DNA from: Bryobacteraceae bacterium
GTDB lineage: Bacteria; Acidobacteriota; Terriglobia; Bryobacterales; Bryobacteraceae
DNA: 64,000 nt
NCBI GenBank assembly: GCA_050011755.1
Contig: JBEKIM010000005.1
Coordinates: 8,007-72,006, forward strand
Direction: 5' to 3'
The translations under genes were made by a program, and so were the position numbers. Of this stretch, positions 28,501-36,784 are shown one piece after another (the stretch's first letter is position 1; each line of letters starts with the position of its first letter). The notes below the pieces were generated by a model that worked only from the letters and a program-made list of their open reading frames with translations, did not search any database and was not told where the DNA came from.

Positions 28501-28910
28501 CCGGCCATGCTGGCATGCCGCGGATCGTAAAGCCATACCTCTCCGCCGGCTACCGAAAAGTCCTGGAAGTGTACGCGCAGCGCCTCGGCGCCTGTGGATC
28601 GGAGCGCGGCTCGCCACACCCGCCGGCCGTCCGGCAGCGTTGCGCTGACCGCCCGGGACAGCTTGTCTGGCGCCACTGCCCGCTGCACACCGATCTGCCG
28701 CACGCCGTAGCGTGGCAGCGGCGCGGCTTCATCCGGGGTGAGCCGTCCGGGGTCCCACGCGATCGGACCTTCGAGTTTCGAGGCATAGCCCGGCGGCAGG
28801 CGATTCCTTTCGCTGGACGGCGCCACCCGGGGCCCCTGCGAGAAGGCTCCGGGTACATGCTGCGCGCAGAGGGCCAGCGGCAGGCATGCGATCGGCAGAA
28901 AGTGTTTCAT
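25560..28910 (-). CDS. Large secreted S1 (trypsin-fold, lysyl-endopeptidase-like) serine peptidase with TIGR03437-like C-terminal modules
   Basis: The signal peptide is MKHFLPIACLPLALCAQ. Catalytic motifs are LTANHC (His) and EPGSSGSPL (Ser). Long beta-rich repeats follow. The C-terminus has two modules of the type ...NGIAAPLYYVSPTQLNVQVPYEV and ...VNGVPAQIAFAGIPYYLVGVAQINFIVPPE. Confidence 0.8.
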   Translation of the reverse strand: MKHFLPIACLPLALCAQHVPGAFSQGPRVAPSSERNRLPPGYASKLEGPIAWDPGRLTPDEAAPLPRYGVRQIGVQRAVAPDKLSRAVSATLPDGRRVWRAALRSTGAEALRVHFQDFSVAGGEVWLYDPRHASMAGPYTGRGLFGTGEFWSSTVESDEAIVEFDAPAGAPTALPFRVDAVIHQWASILPDASGPRTTPDSPAACELDVSCYPEWAQYASGVVEYEFAGDNGGDYTCSGALLNPTGLAYAPYMLTANHCISSASEARSANLIFGYQSSVCNNTGADIGIIGTETGATYLTSAPFEEGDYSLLALTAPAPAGVYLFGWTTTPPNIGDPVVGIHHPQGSWARISFGERSADEPIDISGTMIPANVDYQVNYDKGVIEPGSSGSPLLNSNAEVVGTASGSADSPESICTGFERAAYGKLSVADTALQPYLTGNVNTAPPFSVTPSALVLDTSLGQPSGGSNSMQVTTTSLTPVPFSIQAADPWLTYGIQTSAFNTPTLINADTPLTIIVGAGNPALFVNGTYTSSYTVTVGTGTPVTIPVTLNVANAQSRVIAAVNADLFPPNAYPIVPQITVGSTTHWRFVLGLTETAGVATTITQLTAAGQDLSGQIGALFGSATIPPAGYVSAVIDLTNVAYSQSNNVGIGGVDPGSGTTWTQSLYAQFADPAGSASGLLAYGLPALIYVNPAAPACPIRQHVVLQSAGDSPVTLTALSIVDIGPDISSLLSSFASTYIPAGGTVEGDLCWPNTIDPFIYPWTGLLMDLSATNSSSAQISDYPGFVFSVQPSAAPLSVNTPALQFTSAQPAAASVAVDPGASGLAWSATLVYQQSPAAWLSITPASGMGATAMQVSVNPAGLVPGGLYRASLVIQSLMSTPQYQTIPITYQAPATGISYLNSASFEAGAAPGMVLSLFDPGVNLAAGTEAAGVLPLPLTMQGTSVKMNGIAAPLYYVSPTQLNVQVPYEVPPGPATLTVSNAGGQIANQSVYVNAVAPGIFLASDRRHIAPSAAATAGGYVTLYLTGQGPVTPAVATGAAPPNQAPVSGLPDPYARVQVLVNGVPAQIAFAGIPYYLVGVAQINFIVPPETPAGDQPVVVTLAGVPSNTGYITVGQ

Positions 28911-28944
28911 CTTTCGCGAAGACCTATTACATGATACTGCCCGG

Positions 28945-29385
28945 CTATGTGCGTGCGCGCTCGCGGAAGCCCTTCTCGATCACGGGCAAGGTGCCTTTCG
29001 TAATCGGATAAGTGCATAACTTGCCTTGTGCCACCCAGGCGGCGCGGCTGGCATCGTCGGCAGCCTTGAGAAATCCGCCGGTGACGCGGCAAACATAGTC
29101 GATGAGCACATAGTGATATTCCGGGACGCCCTGCGCATCGCGGATGATGCGCTCGAAAATCTCGAGCACCTTCACCGGCTGGACCTCCAGTCCGGTCTCC
29201 TCGCGCACTTCGCGAACGATGCCTTGTTCCAGTGTCTCGCCGGTTTCGAGCGCGCCGCCGGGGAGTGACCAGTAACCCTTCATCGGTGCCTTACCACGCT
29301 CGATAAGCAGGATTCTGCCCCGATTAAAGATGAGCGCGCCGACGCCCAGGATGGGGCGCTTCGGATAGCGCCGGTTATCGGACAT
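28945..29385 (-). CDS. NUDIX hydrolase
   Basis: The Nudix box GGALETGETLEQGIVREVREETGL is present. Confidence 0.9.
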   Translation of the reverse strand: MSDNRRYPKRPILGVGALIFNRGRILLIERGKAPMKGYWSLPGGALETGETLEQGIVREVREETGLEVQPVKVLEIFERIIRDAQGVPEYHYVLIDYVCRVTGGFLKAADDASRAAWVAQGKLCTYPITKGTLPVIEKGFRERART

Positions 29386-29408
29386 TGTATGCAGTCTTCA
29401 TTATTATC

Positions 29409-29591
29409 GTGGCGCACGCTTCAGCGTGCCGGCGGGACTTTTAAGTCCCGCTAAGCCGCCTTTCAGGCGGCCCAAAACGGCGGACTGAAGTCCGCCGCAG
29501 CACGCTGAAGCGTGCGCCACGCGCTGCGGCCAGTCATCATGAGATAGTCCAAACTCCAGAACCCGGCTGCGGCTAGGATTGCCCGCCCTCC
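29409..29591. repeat. Mosaic hairpin repeat, locus c (largest composite; contains a 21-bp perfect inverted pair)
   Basis: GTGGCGCACGCTTCAGCGTGC (29409-29429) is the exact reverse complement of 29500-29520. The pair encloses hairpins GCGGGACTTTTAAGTCCCGC, GCCGCCTTTCAGGCGGC and GGCGGACTGAAGTCCGCC. The 3' part (...CCGGCTGCGGCTAGGATTGCCCGCCCTCC) matches the reverse complement of the 59331-59360 module. Confidence 0.85.
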
Positions 29592-29593
29592 AA

Positions 29594-30529
29594 TTATTTG
29601 GCCTGCGCGGGGCTAATCGACGTCGCGCCCCGCCCCGCCACCCGCACGCGATAAACCGACGTTCTCGCCGTGATATACAGTGTCAGCAAATCGGCGTCGC
29701 CGAACGTGCAGTTCGAGGGCGTCTCGGCGACCGGGATCGTCGTCAGCAGCTTGCCTTCCGGGCTGTACACCACGATGCTCTTGGCGGCCACGTACAGATT
29801 GCCGTCCTCCGCGGCGCGCATGCCGCCGGGAATGCCTTCAACCTTCGAGACCAGCATCCGCTCGCCCGAGACTTCGCCCTCGCGATCCACATCGTAGGCG
29901 CGGATGTTGCGCTCGTCGGAATTCGCGACGTAGAGGATGCGCCCGTTCGGCGAAAGCGCGATTCCGTTGGGGCGCCCGCTGGGCTTCGCGATCACCGACA
30001 ATTGGCCCTTTGGCGTGATGTGGTAGACGCCATAGAAATCCAACTCGCGCCGGTCCTGCTGGTTCCCGAATGCCGGATCGGTAAAGTAAACGTGGCCCGA
30101 TTTGCTCACCGCGATGCCCAGAGGCGCGTTGAGCCGCTTACCGTCCCATTGATCCGCCAAAACTTCGTTGTGGCCTTTTTTGTCCGTTCGCGTCACGCGG
30201 CGGGCGTGCGTCTCGCAGGTATACAGGCGTCCCTGCGCATCGAACGCGTTGCCCGCGGCCCCATTGGACTCCGCGCGGTACTCCTCGGCGTCCCCGCCCG
30301 GCACATACTTCATGATCCTGCCGCTAGGGACATCGCTGAATAACAGGTAACCTTCCCGCGACCACGCCGGACCTTCGGTGAAGCGAAAGCCGTGCGCCAC
30401 CTTTTCGACTTGCGCCTCTCCCGGCGCTGCGGGAGGTTCCTGGGCAGCCAGAGGAAACAGAAGCAGCCAGAGCGCCACAGCGGATCCCCGCGGACCCGCG
30501 CAGACCCGCAGGTCTGCACCACAGGTCAT
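29594..30529 (-). CDS. SMP-30/gluconolactonase/LRE family protein, exported
   Basis: The motif run ...HGFRFTEGPAWSREGYLLFSDVPSGRIMKY...GAAGNAFDAQGRLYTCE...PLGIAVSKSGHVYFTDP matches the family. An N-terminal signal-like segment is present. The ATG overlaps the BON gene stop (ATGA). Confidence 0.82.
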   Translation of the reverse strand: MTCGADLRVCAGPRGSAVALWLLLFPLAAQEPPAAPGEAQVEKVAHGFRFTEGPAWSREGYLLFSDVPSGRIMKYVPGGDAEEYRAESNGAAGNAFDAQGRLYTCETHARRVTRTDKKGHNEVLADQWDGKRLNAPLGIAVSKSGHVYFTDPAFGNQQDRRELDFYGVYHITPKGQLSVIAKPSGRPNGIALSPNGRILYVANSDERNIRAYDVDREGEVSGERMLVSKVEGIPGGMRAAEDGNLYVAAKSIVVYSPEGKLLTTIPVAETPSNCTFGDADLLTLYITARTSVYRVRVAGRGATSISPAQAK

Positions 30530-30828
30530 CGCGGATTGCCCTTACCCACCACCACCAGTTGATTATCGACCTGTTTTACACCGGAAACTTTGTGCGCCAG
30601 TTTTTCGGCTTTTTCCTTTTGCTGCGGGTATTCTACTTTGCCCTTCAAAGTCACGACGCCGTCCTTTACCTCCACCTCCAACGCTCCGCCCTTAACCACC
30701 TGGTCGTCGGCCAGTTTGCGCCTGACAATGTCGTAAATTTGATCGTCGGAATAATGTTTTTCCGCCGCCCACGCGCCCCCGGCCAGGGCTAAAACGACGA
30801 GTAAAGAGACTAACGTTTTAATTTTCAT
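30526..30828 (-). CDS. BON domain protein, exported
   Basis: The signal peptide is MKIKTLVSLLVVLALAGGAWA. The BON pattern VEVKDGVVTLKGKV....EKAEKLAHKVSGVKQVDNQL follows. Confidence 0.8.
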   Translation of the reverse strand: MKIKTLVSLLVVLALAGGAWAAEKHYSDDQIYDIVRRKLADDQVVKGGALEVEVKDGVVTLKGKVEYPQQKEKAEKLAHKVSGVKQVDNQLVVVGKGNPR

Positions 30829-31723
30829 CTGTTCCGGCCATTGTACGCCAGTCGAGAGCCGACAGGAAGGCCGGCTTCTCGCGCCAGTTCGGCTGTACCT
30901 TGATGTGAAGATCCAGATAAACGTGACGGCCGAAGAGGCGTTCCATGTCCTGCCGCGCCAGCGTGCCGATGTTTTTCAGCATGCCGCCGCCGGCGCCGAT
31001 GATAATGCCCTTCTGCCCATTGCGCTCTACATAGATCGTAGCGTAGATGCGAATCAGTTTCGCACCGTCTTCCCAGGAATCCACGGACACCGCCACGGAA
31101 TGCGGCACTTCCTCGCGCGTGGCTTGCAGGATTTTTTCGCGAATCAGTTCCGCCGCCAGGAAACGCTCCGGCTGATCGGTGATGTGGTCCGCCGGAAAAT
31201 ATGCGGGGCCTTCCGGAAGACGGTCGACAATGCCCTGGCGCAGCTCGGCGAGGCCGTCGCCCTTGCGCGCCGACACCGGAACGTAATCCGCGAATTCGTA
31301 CAGCGCGCGGTATTGCTCGATCAATGGCAGCACCGCGCCCTTGTCCTTGTGCAGCAGGTCGACTTTGTTCAAGATCAGCAGCGTAGGGCTGTCGGCCTTG
31401 CGGATCAGGTCGACCGCGTGCCGGTCCTCGATCCCGAATTTGCGCGACACGTCCACTACCAGCAACAGCAGGTCGCGCTCGCTAAGCGCCGCGCGCACGG
31501 CGTCCATCATGCGCTTGTCCAGAAGCGATTCGGCTCTGTGAATGCCGGGCGTATCGAGAAAAACGATCTGCGCATCGGGCAGCGTCAGCACGCCCTGTAT
31601 GGACGTGCGGGTGGTTTGGGGTTTGCTGGCGACGATCGCGATCTTGGCCCCAATCAACTGGTTCAGGAGCGTGGACTTGCCGGCATTCGGCCGGCCGAGA
31701 ATCGAGACGAAGCCGGATTTCAT
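30818..31723 (-). CDS. era: GTPase Era
   Basis: Motifs GFVSILGRPNAGKSTLLN, DTPG and NKVD are present, with a C-terminal KH domain. Operon context includes ybeY and phoH. Confidence 0.95.
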   Translation of the reverse strand: MKSGFVSILGRPNAGKSTLLNQLIGAKIAIVASKPQTTRTSIQGVLTLPDAQIVFLDTPGIHRAESLLDKRMMDAVRAALSERDLLLLVVDVSRKFGIEDRHAVDLIRKADSPTLLILNKVDLLHKDKGAVLPLIEQYRALYEFADYVPVSARKGDGLAELRQGIVDRLPEGPAYFPADHITDQPERFLAAELIREKILQATREEVPHSVAVSVDSWEDGAKLIRIYATIYVERNGQKGIIIGAGGGMLKNIGTLARQDMERLFGRHVYLDLHIKVQPNWREKPAFLSALDWRTMAGTDEN

Positions 31724-32979
31724 TGTGTCACCGGCTGCGAGCGGCGCACTCGCACTTGCGCTACCCGCAATTCATCGCTGGCCAGAATGTCGATGTGGAT
31801 GCCCTCGCGCTCCACCGATTCGCCCGCTTGCGGCACCCGGCCCAGCCACTCGGTGACCAGCCCCCCCACCGTAGTCGATTCGATCTCTTCCTCCGGGTGG
31901 AAGTCCAGCAGATCCCCAAGGCGTGCCACGTCGAAGCTGCCGGAGACGATAAATCCGCCCTGCCCGTCTTCCTGCACGTCGGAGTCAGGCTCGTGCTCGT
32001 CGCGGATTTCGCCCAGAATCACTTCCACCAGATCCTCCATGCTGGCGAGACCCGCCGTGTTGCCGTATTCGTCCACCACGATGACCATATGTGTATTGTC
32101 CTGCTGCATCTCGCGCATCAGGTCGTTGACCGCCTTGGTTTCCGGCACGAAACGGATCGGACGGATCAGCTCGCGCACCGTGCGGTTGGCCCGCTCGTCC
32201 TCGTCCAGCTCAAACATATCGCGCACATGCACGAAGCCGATGATCTGATCGATAGTATCTTCGTACACCGGAATGCGCGAATACTGCTCGTTAATGACCA
32301 GTTGGCGCAACTCTTCGAGGGTCGCGCCTGCCGAAATCGCGACGATATTCGGGCGCGGCGTCATCACCTCGCGTACCACTTTGTCTCCGAACTCCACCAC
32401 CGATTGGATCAGTTTGCGGTCTTCCTCTTCGATCAGGCCTTCCTCGGTGCCCGCGGAGATCAGTGCCTCGATGTTCTCCGCCTGCGTGGGCGGTTCCTCG
32501 CCGCCGTTGCTGTTGTCGGTGATCTCCACCAGGGACTGGAAAAATCCGAGCACCGCCACGCACGGTTTGGCGAGCATGCCCACCGCGCGGATCAGGCCCG
32601 CAAGCGGCGCCAGCCATTGCGCCGCGGTGCGGCGGTAAAGCACCTGGGGCAGCACATAAGCCATCACGATCATCGTGAGCCACGAAGAGACGGCGGTTTC
32701 CAGCACTTCCGGCCACGTCCAGGCCTGGCCATCCGCGAACACCAGGAAGTAGAGAATGCCGATCAGGAGGATGGTGGTGTGTTTGACCAGGGTGAAGGAA
32801 CCCGCGCCGTCGTCGGTCTCGAAGCCGATTTTATCTTCCAGGCTTTCCTTAAAGAACTTGATGGCGGGGAAATCGCGGGTGCGCAGCCGCAGACTCTCCA
32901 GGTACAGAAGTTGTACGAACGTGACCAGGCCCAGCAGCAGCGCGAGGGCCATGATGAGAAGGATGAGGGCTGCGGTCAT
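31720..32979 (-). CDS. Hemolysin-family/CNNM protein (DUF21 TM domain, CBS pair, CorC_HlyC domain)
   Basis: The N-terminal part is multi-TM. The CBS region reads ...VREVMTPRPNIVAI...IPVYEDTIDQIIGFVHVRD... The C-terminal part reads GFIVSGSFDVARLGDLL...TVGGLV... It overlaps the neighbouring genes by 4 nt on both sides. Confidence 0.88.
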   Translation of the reverse strand: MTAALILLIMALALLLGLVTFVQLLYLESLRLRTRDFPAIKFFKESLEDKIGFETDDGAGSFTLVKHTTILLIGILYFLVFADGQAWTWPEVLETAVSSWLTMIVMAYVLPQVLYRRTAAQWLAPLAGLIRAVGMLAKPCVAVLGFFQSLVEITDNSNGGEEPPTQAENIEALISAGTEEGLIEEEDRKLIQSVVEFGDKVVREVMTPRPNIVAISAGATLEELRQLVINEQYSRIPVYEDTIDQIIGFVHVRDMFELDEDERANRTVRELIRPIRFVPETKAVNDLMREMQQDNTHMVIVVDEYGNTAGLASMEDLVEVILGEIRDEHEPDSDVQEDGQGGFIVSGSFDVARLGDLLDFHPEEEIESTTVGGLVTEWLGRVPQAGESVEREGIHIDILASDELRVAQVRVRRSQPVTQ

Positions 32980-33434
32980 CGCGAGAGCCGTGCGGCCTTC
33001 ATTGCCCGTTCGATCAGGGCGGTTGGCAGCGAGAAGCGCCGGCGCCAGCGGCCTTCGGCGCGCCGCATCTGGCCCGTGTCGGTTGCGTGATCCATGCCCA
33101 ACAGGTGAAGCAGACCGTGCAGCATCAAAATGCGGATCTCGTTTTCCAGGGAGTGCCCGAATTCGGCGGCTTGCGCGCGCGCCCGGGCCGCCGAGATGGC
33201 GATTTCTCCCAGTTGCCCGGTTCCGGGGAACGACAGCACGTCCGTGGCGTAATCTTTGCCCAGGAACTCGCGGTTCAGGCGCCGCAGCTCGCTATCGCCT
33301 GTGACCAGGCAGGTGAAACCCGCGCCCTTGGCGACTTCGCCGCGCAGAGTCCGCGCGAAGCGTTCGAGACCGACGCGGTCCAGTTCCGCCGGTGCGCGGC
33401 GGAACAAAACTATATGGTCGTCTGAGGCAGACAT
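32976..33434 (-). CDS. ybeY: rRNA maturation endoribonuclease YbeY
   Basis: The zinc motif HGLLHLLGMDH is present. Size is 152 aa and the position is between phoH and corC. Confidence 0.93.
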   Translation of the reverse strand: MSASDDHIVLFRRAPAELDRVGLERFARTLRGEVAKGAGFTCLVTGDSELRRLNREFLGKDYATDVLSFPGTGQLGEIAISAARARAQAAEFGHSLENEIRILMLHGLLHLLGMDHATDTGQMRRAEGRWRRRFSLPTALIERAMKAARLSR

Positions 33435-34441
33435 GTATCGGGAGCCGTTTCGGCGGGGGGTTCGGTCAGTTTCAGGCTAAGCTGCCGGCCGGCGCCGACC
33501 GCTTCGTTGTAGCGCTCATAAGCCCTGACGATGCGCTGCACCAGCGTGTGGCGCACCACGTCGCGGTCGTCGAACTGCACCATGCTGATGCCTTCCACGC
33601 CGCGCAGCACTTCGAGCGCGTCGATCAGGCCGCTGCGCTTCCCGGGCGGCAGATCGATCTGCGTAATGTCGCCGTTCACCACCATTTTTGAATTGAATCC
33701 GGTGCGCGTCAGCACCATCTTCATCTGTTCGGTGGTGCTGTTCTGGGCTTCGTCCAGGATGATGAAACTGTCGTTCAGCGTGCGCCCGCGCATGAAGGCG
33801 ATGGGGGCCACCTCGATGGTGTTTCGTTCCAGTAGCTTGTCGACTTTTTCGGATTCCATCATGTCGAAGAGCGCATCGTAGAGCGGGCGCAGGTAAGGGT
33901 CGACCTTTTCCTGCAGCGTGCCCGGGAGGAATCCCAGCCGTTCGCCGGCTTCCACCGCGGGACGTGTGAGAATAATGCGTGAAACCCGCTTGCTGAGCAG
34001 CGCCGAAACCGCCATGGCCACGGCGAGGTACGTCTTCCCGGTGCCCGCCGGCCCCACGCCCAGCACCAGGTCGTTGCGCTCGATCGCCTCCAGATAGCGG
34101 CGCTGGTTCACCGTCTTGGGCGCCAGCATTTTCTTGCCGAAATTGCGCTGCCGGCCGCTTTGCACCAGCGCCCGAAAACTGACTTCGGGGTCCTCGGTAA
34201 CTACGCGTAGATAACTGTTCAAATCGCCATTATTGAAGACGTGCCCCTCGCGCACCAGCGCCGCGTAGTCTTCGAGAATGGTTTCGGCGCGCGATACGGC
34301 TTCGGCGTCGCCTTCAATCTCCAACAGGTTGTCGGTCAGGTGCGTGTTCACTTTCAGGCCCGACTCGATTAACCGGATGTTTTCGTCGCGGGTGCCGAAG
34401 AGGCTCTCGACGCCCCGGCTGATTTGCACACTGGATTTCAT
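33410..34441 (-). CDS. phoH: PhoH family ATPase (PhoH-like/YbeZ)
   Basis: Walker A GPAGTGKTYLAVAMAV, FIILDEAQN and GDITQIDLP motifs are present. Confidence 0.93.
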   Translation of the reverse strand: MKSSVQISRGVESLFGTRDENIRLIESGLKVNTHLTDNLLEIEGDAEAVSRAETILEDYAALVREGHVFNNGDLNSYLRVVTEDPEVSFRALVQSGRQRNFGKKMLAPKTVNQRRYLEAIERNDLVLGVGPAGTGKTYLAVAMAVSALLSKRVSRIILTRPAVEAGERLGFLPGTLQEKVDPYLRPLYDALFDMMESEKVDKLLERNTIEVAPIAFMRGRTLNDSFIILDEAQNSTTEQMKMVLTRTGFNSKMVVNGDITQIDLPPGKRSGLIDALEVLRGVEGISMVQFDDRDVVRHTLVQRIVRAYERYNEAVGAGRQLSLKLTEPPAETAPDTCLPQTTI

Positions 34442-34661
34442 TTAGTTAGTGTGTGGATACCTCCAAGAGATTTAAAGCGCAAACGAGGGATAGCGGCCGG
34501 TTCTGGCGGCCGGTTGGTAAACCGGATGTCCGCGGTGCGGGGTGGTCAAAAACCATCCGTCACTAAGTATAGCAGGTGGCAGAGTTGGGGGGCGGGTCGT
34601 TTAATCGCAGTACTCTTCAGCACATATTTGCCGAAGCGCCTGCCCGCTTTGGATGGCTTCC

Positions 34662-34847
34662 TTAGGAAGTGGCGGTGGTCGCCGCTGTGCTCAATTCGCT
34701 GTTCCCGGTAACCCAGATTTCGCTGACGCTGGTCATCGGCCCGGTTACCAGCGCCGCAGTCGTCAGTGCGACGAAAGCCAGCAATAGTACGTATTCGGTC
34801 AGATCCTGGCCATCCTCATCCCGCCATAGTTTCTTCCATTGTGACAT
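34662..34847 (-). CDS. flp: Flp/Fap family type IVb pilin
   Basis: MSQWKKLWRDEDGQDLTEYVLLLAFVALTTAAL carries the Flp motif G-x-x-x-x-EY followed by a hydrophobic helix. Start set to ATG 34847 with GGAGG upstream. The track start 34880 adds 11 unlikely residues. Confidence 0.8.
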   Translation of the reverse strand: MSQWKKLWRDEDGQDLTEYVLLLAFVALTTAALVTGPMTSVSEIWVTGNSELSTAATTATS

Positions 34848-35042
34848 GCCGCCTCCAGTAGCCCAATCGCCACATCCCACATTACAGTACCCGCGCCGCG
34901 GAGCGTACCCCGTATTCGGTTAACCGCAATCAGATAACCGAAGGTAATGAATAATCTGGGATCGCCTACCGCCTCGTCGGGGCCCTCCTTCGGTTCCGCC
35001 GCCCCCCGCTCCCCCTGTGCTATTCTCAAATCGCACCCGTAT

Positions 35043-35870
35043 ATGCGTCTTCGCACTGCCCTTGGCGTGGCTTTCCTGGGATTGGCCGCCTGGGGCTTTT
35101 TGCTGGCACAGGCGCCTTTCAAAGAATATCCCGCGCTCGAATACGAAAACTTCCCGATTCCTCCGGATTGGAATCAGAGGACCGAATGGACCCGCGCGCG
35201 GCTGCGATATCCCGATATTTACGGCTATCCTTTTGTCGATCTCCGCATGCGCGACGGCCAGCCGTTTCCCGGATATTGGACCATGGACTATCCGCGTTCC
35301 GATCGCCATCTGATGGCCGGTATCCGCCGCCTCACCCGCATCGACACGCGCTCCGTCGAAGAGGTCGTAAGCCTGGACGGGACCGGCGAGGTCTACAACT
35401 GGCCCACGCTATACGCGGTCGAAGTCGGGCACTGGCGGTTGCCCGACGACCAAGCCGCCCAACTCCGCGAGTTTCTGCTCCGCGGCGGATTCCTCATGGT
35501 GGACGATTTCCACGGCACCAAGGAGTGGAATACGTTTGTCGAGAGCATGCACAAGGTGTTTCCCGACCGGGCGATCGTGGAGATCCCTAATAGCGATCCC
35601 ATCTTTCACACGGTCTATGACCTGGACGAACGGTTTCAAGTGCCCGGCGCACAGTATTTCGATAGCGGAAAAACGTATGAGCAGGATGGGTACCAACCGC
35701 GTTGGCGCGCCATTTACGACGACAAGGGCCGCGTGATGGTGGCCATCTGCCACAACATGGACCTGGGCGACGCCTGGGAGTGGTCCGACGATGCCCGCTA
35801 CTTCGAGAAGTGGGCCTCACTCGCGTACCGTATCGCGGTGGACTATTTTGTCTACGATCTGACTCACTAG
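35043..35870 (+). CDS. DUF4159 domain protein (second paralog)
   Basis: It aligns over its full length with the 9278-10078 product (FKEYPALEYENFPIPPDW..., RRLTRIDTRS, NWPTLYAVEVGH, LLRGGFLMVDDFHG, RVMVAICHNMDLGDAWEW). Start set to ATG 35043 (MRLRTALGVAFLGLAAWGFLLAQA). Confidence 0.8.
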   Translation: MRLRTALGVAFLGLAAWGFLLAQAPFKEYPALEYENFPIPPDWNQRTEWTRARLRYPDIYGYPFVDLRMRDGQPFPGYWTMDYPRSDRHLMAGIRRLTRIDTRSVEEVVSLDGTGEVYNWPTLYAVEVGHWRLPDDQAAQLREFLLRGGFLMVDDFHGTKEWNTFVESMHKVFPDRAIVEIPNSDPIFHTVYDLDERFQVPGAQYFDSGKTYEQDGYQPRWRAIYDDKGRVMVAICHNMDLGDAWEWSDDARYFEKWASLAYRIAVDYFVYDLTH

Positions 35871-35871
35871 C

Positions 35872-36699
35872 TTGCGACCGATTGTCATAGCTGCGGCAGC
35901 TTTCATCCTGGCTGGTGGACTCGCGGGTGAAGATGCTCGCGAAATTGTCCGCAAGTCGGTGGAACTCGACCAGACAAACTGGCTGCGCATGCAGGATTAC
36001 ACCTGGATGGCGCGCTCCACCGAGCGGCATTTCGATTCGAACGGCAAGGTGAAATCGGCGGAGCGCAGCGCCTGGGAAACCGTGATGTTGGATGGCGAGC
36101 CGTACCGCCGCATGCTGGAGCGCAACGGAAACCCCCTCCCGCCCGCCGAAGACAAGAAGCAGCAGGATAAGCTGGATAAGACTGTGGCCCGGCTGGCGCA
36201 CGAAACCGAAGAAGAAAAGCGGCGCCGGCTGGCGGACTATGAAACCCGCCGCCGGAAAGAGCGCGAGTTTCTGCGCGAGATACCCGACGCTTACGACCTC
36301 CGCCTCGAAGGAGATGCACAAGTGGATGGCCGCGATACCTGGGTAATCGCCGGCACGGCCAAAGCCGCATACCGCCCCAAAGACAGAGACGCCAAATCGT
36401 TGCTCAAGATACGCGGCAAGCTCTGGATCGATAAGTCGAATTACCAGTGGGTCCGGCTGGAAGCCCGAACCACGGACACGATCTCATTCGGCTTGTTCCT
36501 GGCGCGCTTGAATCCGGGCGCCAGTGTGACATTCGAACAGACCATGGTCGCGGCCGATTTGTGGCTGCCGAAGCGCTTGTACATGAACGGCTCCGGAAGG
36601 CTCGGCCTGGTCAAGCGCATTGCCCTGGATCAGGAGATTACTTGGAGTAACTACCGTAAGTTCCAGGTAGACTCAAAGGTCGTGCCGCTCGAGCGCTAA
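35872..36699 (+). CDS. Exported hypothetical protein, LolA-like/outer-membrane lipoprotein-sorting fold suspected
   Basis: It has a TTG start directly after the DUF4159 stop and a signal-like N-terminus MRPIVIAAAAFILAGGLAG. The C-terminal pattern GDAQVDGRDTWVIAGTAK...GKLWIDKSNYQWVRLEAR... is reminiscent of LolA_like proteins. The fold assignment is tentative. Confidence 0.45.
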   Translation: MRPIVIAAAAFILAGGLAGEDAREIVRKSVELDQTNWLRMQDYTWMARSTERHFDSNGKVKSAERSAWETVMLDGEPYRRMLERNGNPLPPAEDKKQQDKLDKTVARLAHETEEEKRRRLADYETRRRKEREFLREIPDAYDLRLEGDAQVDGRDTWVIAGTAKAAYRPKDRDAKSLLKIRGKLWIDKSNYQWVRLEARTTDTISFGLFLARLNPGASVTFEQTMVAADLWLPKRLYMNGSGRLGLVKRIALDQEITWSNYRKFQVDSKVVPLER

Positions 36700-36722
36700 C
36701 TAATTATATTCTGAGCTAAGTG

Positions 36723-36784
36723 TGAGTTTTCATCGTAGCTCGTGGCGCACGCTTTAGCGTGCCGGCGGGACTTTTAAGTCCCGC
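36723..36784. repeat. Mosaic hairpin repeat, locus d
   Basis: TGAGTTTTCATCG is followed by GTGGCGCACGCTTTAGCGTGCCGGCGGGACTTTTAAGTCCCGC, which differs by 1 nt from the 43-nt core. The PEP-CTERM gene stop codon abuts its end. Confidence 0.85.
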
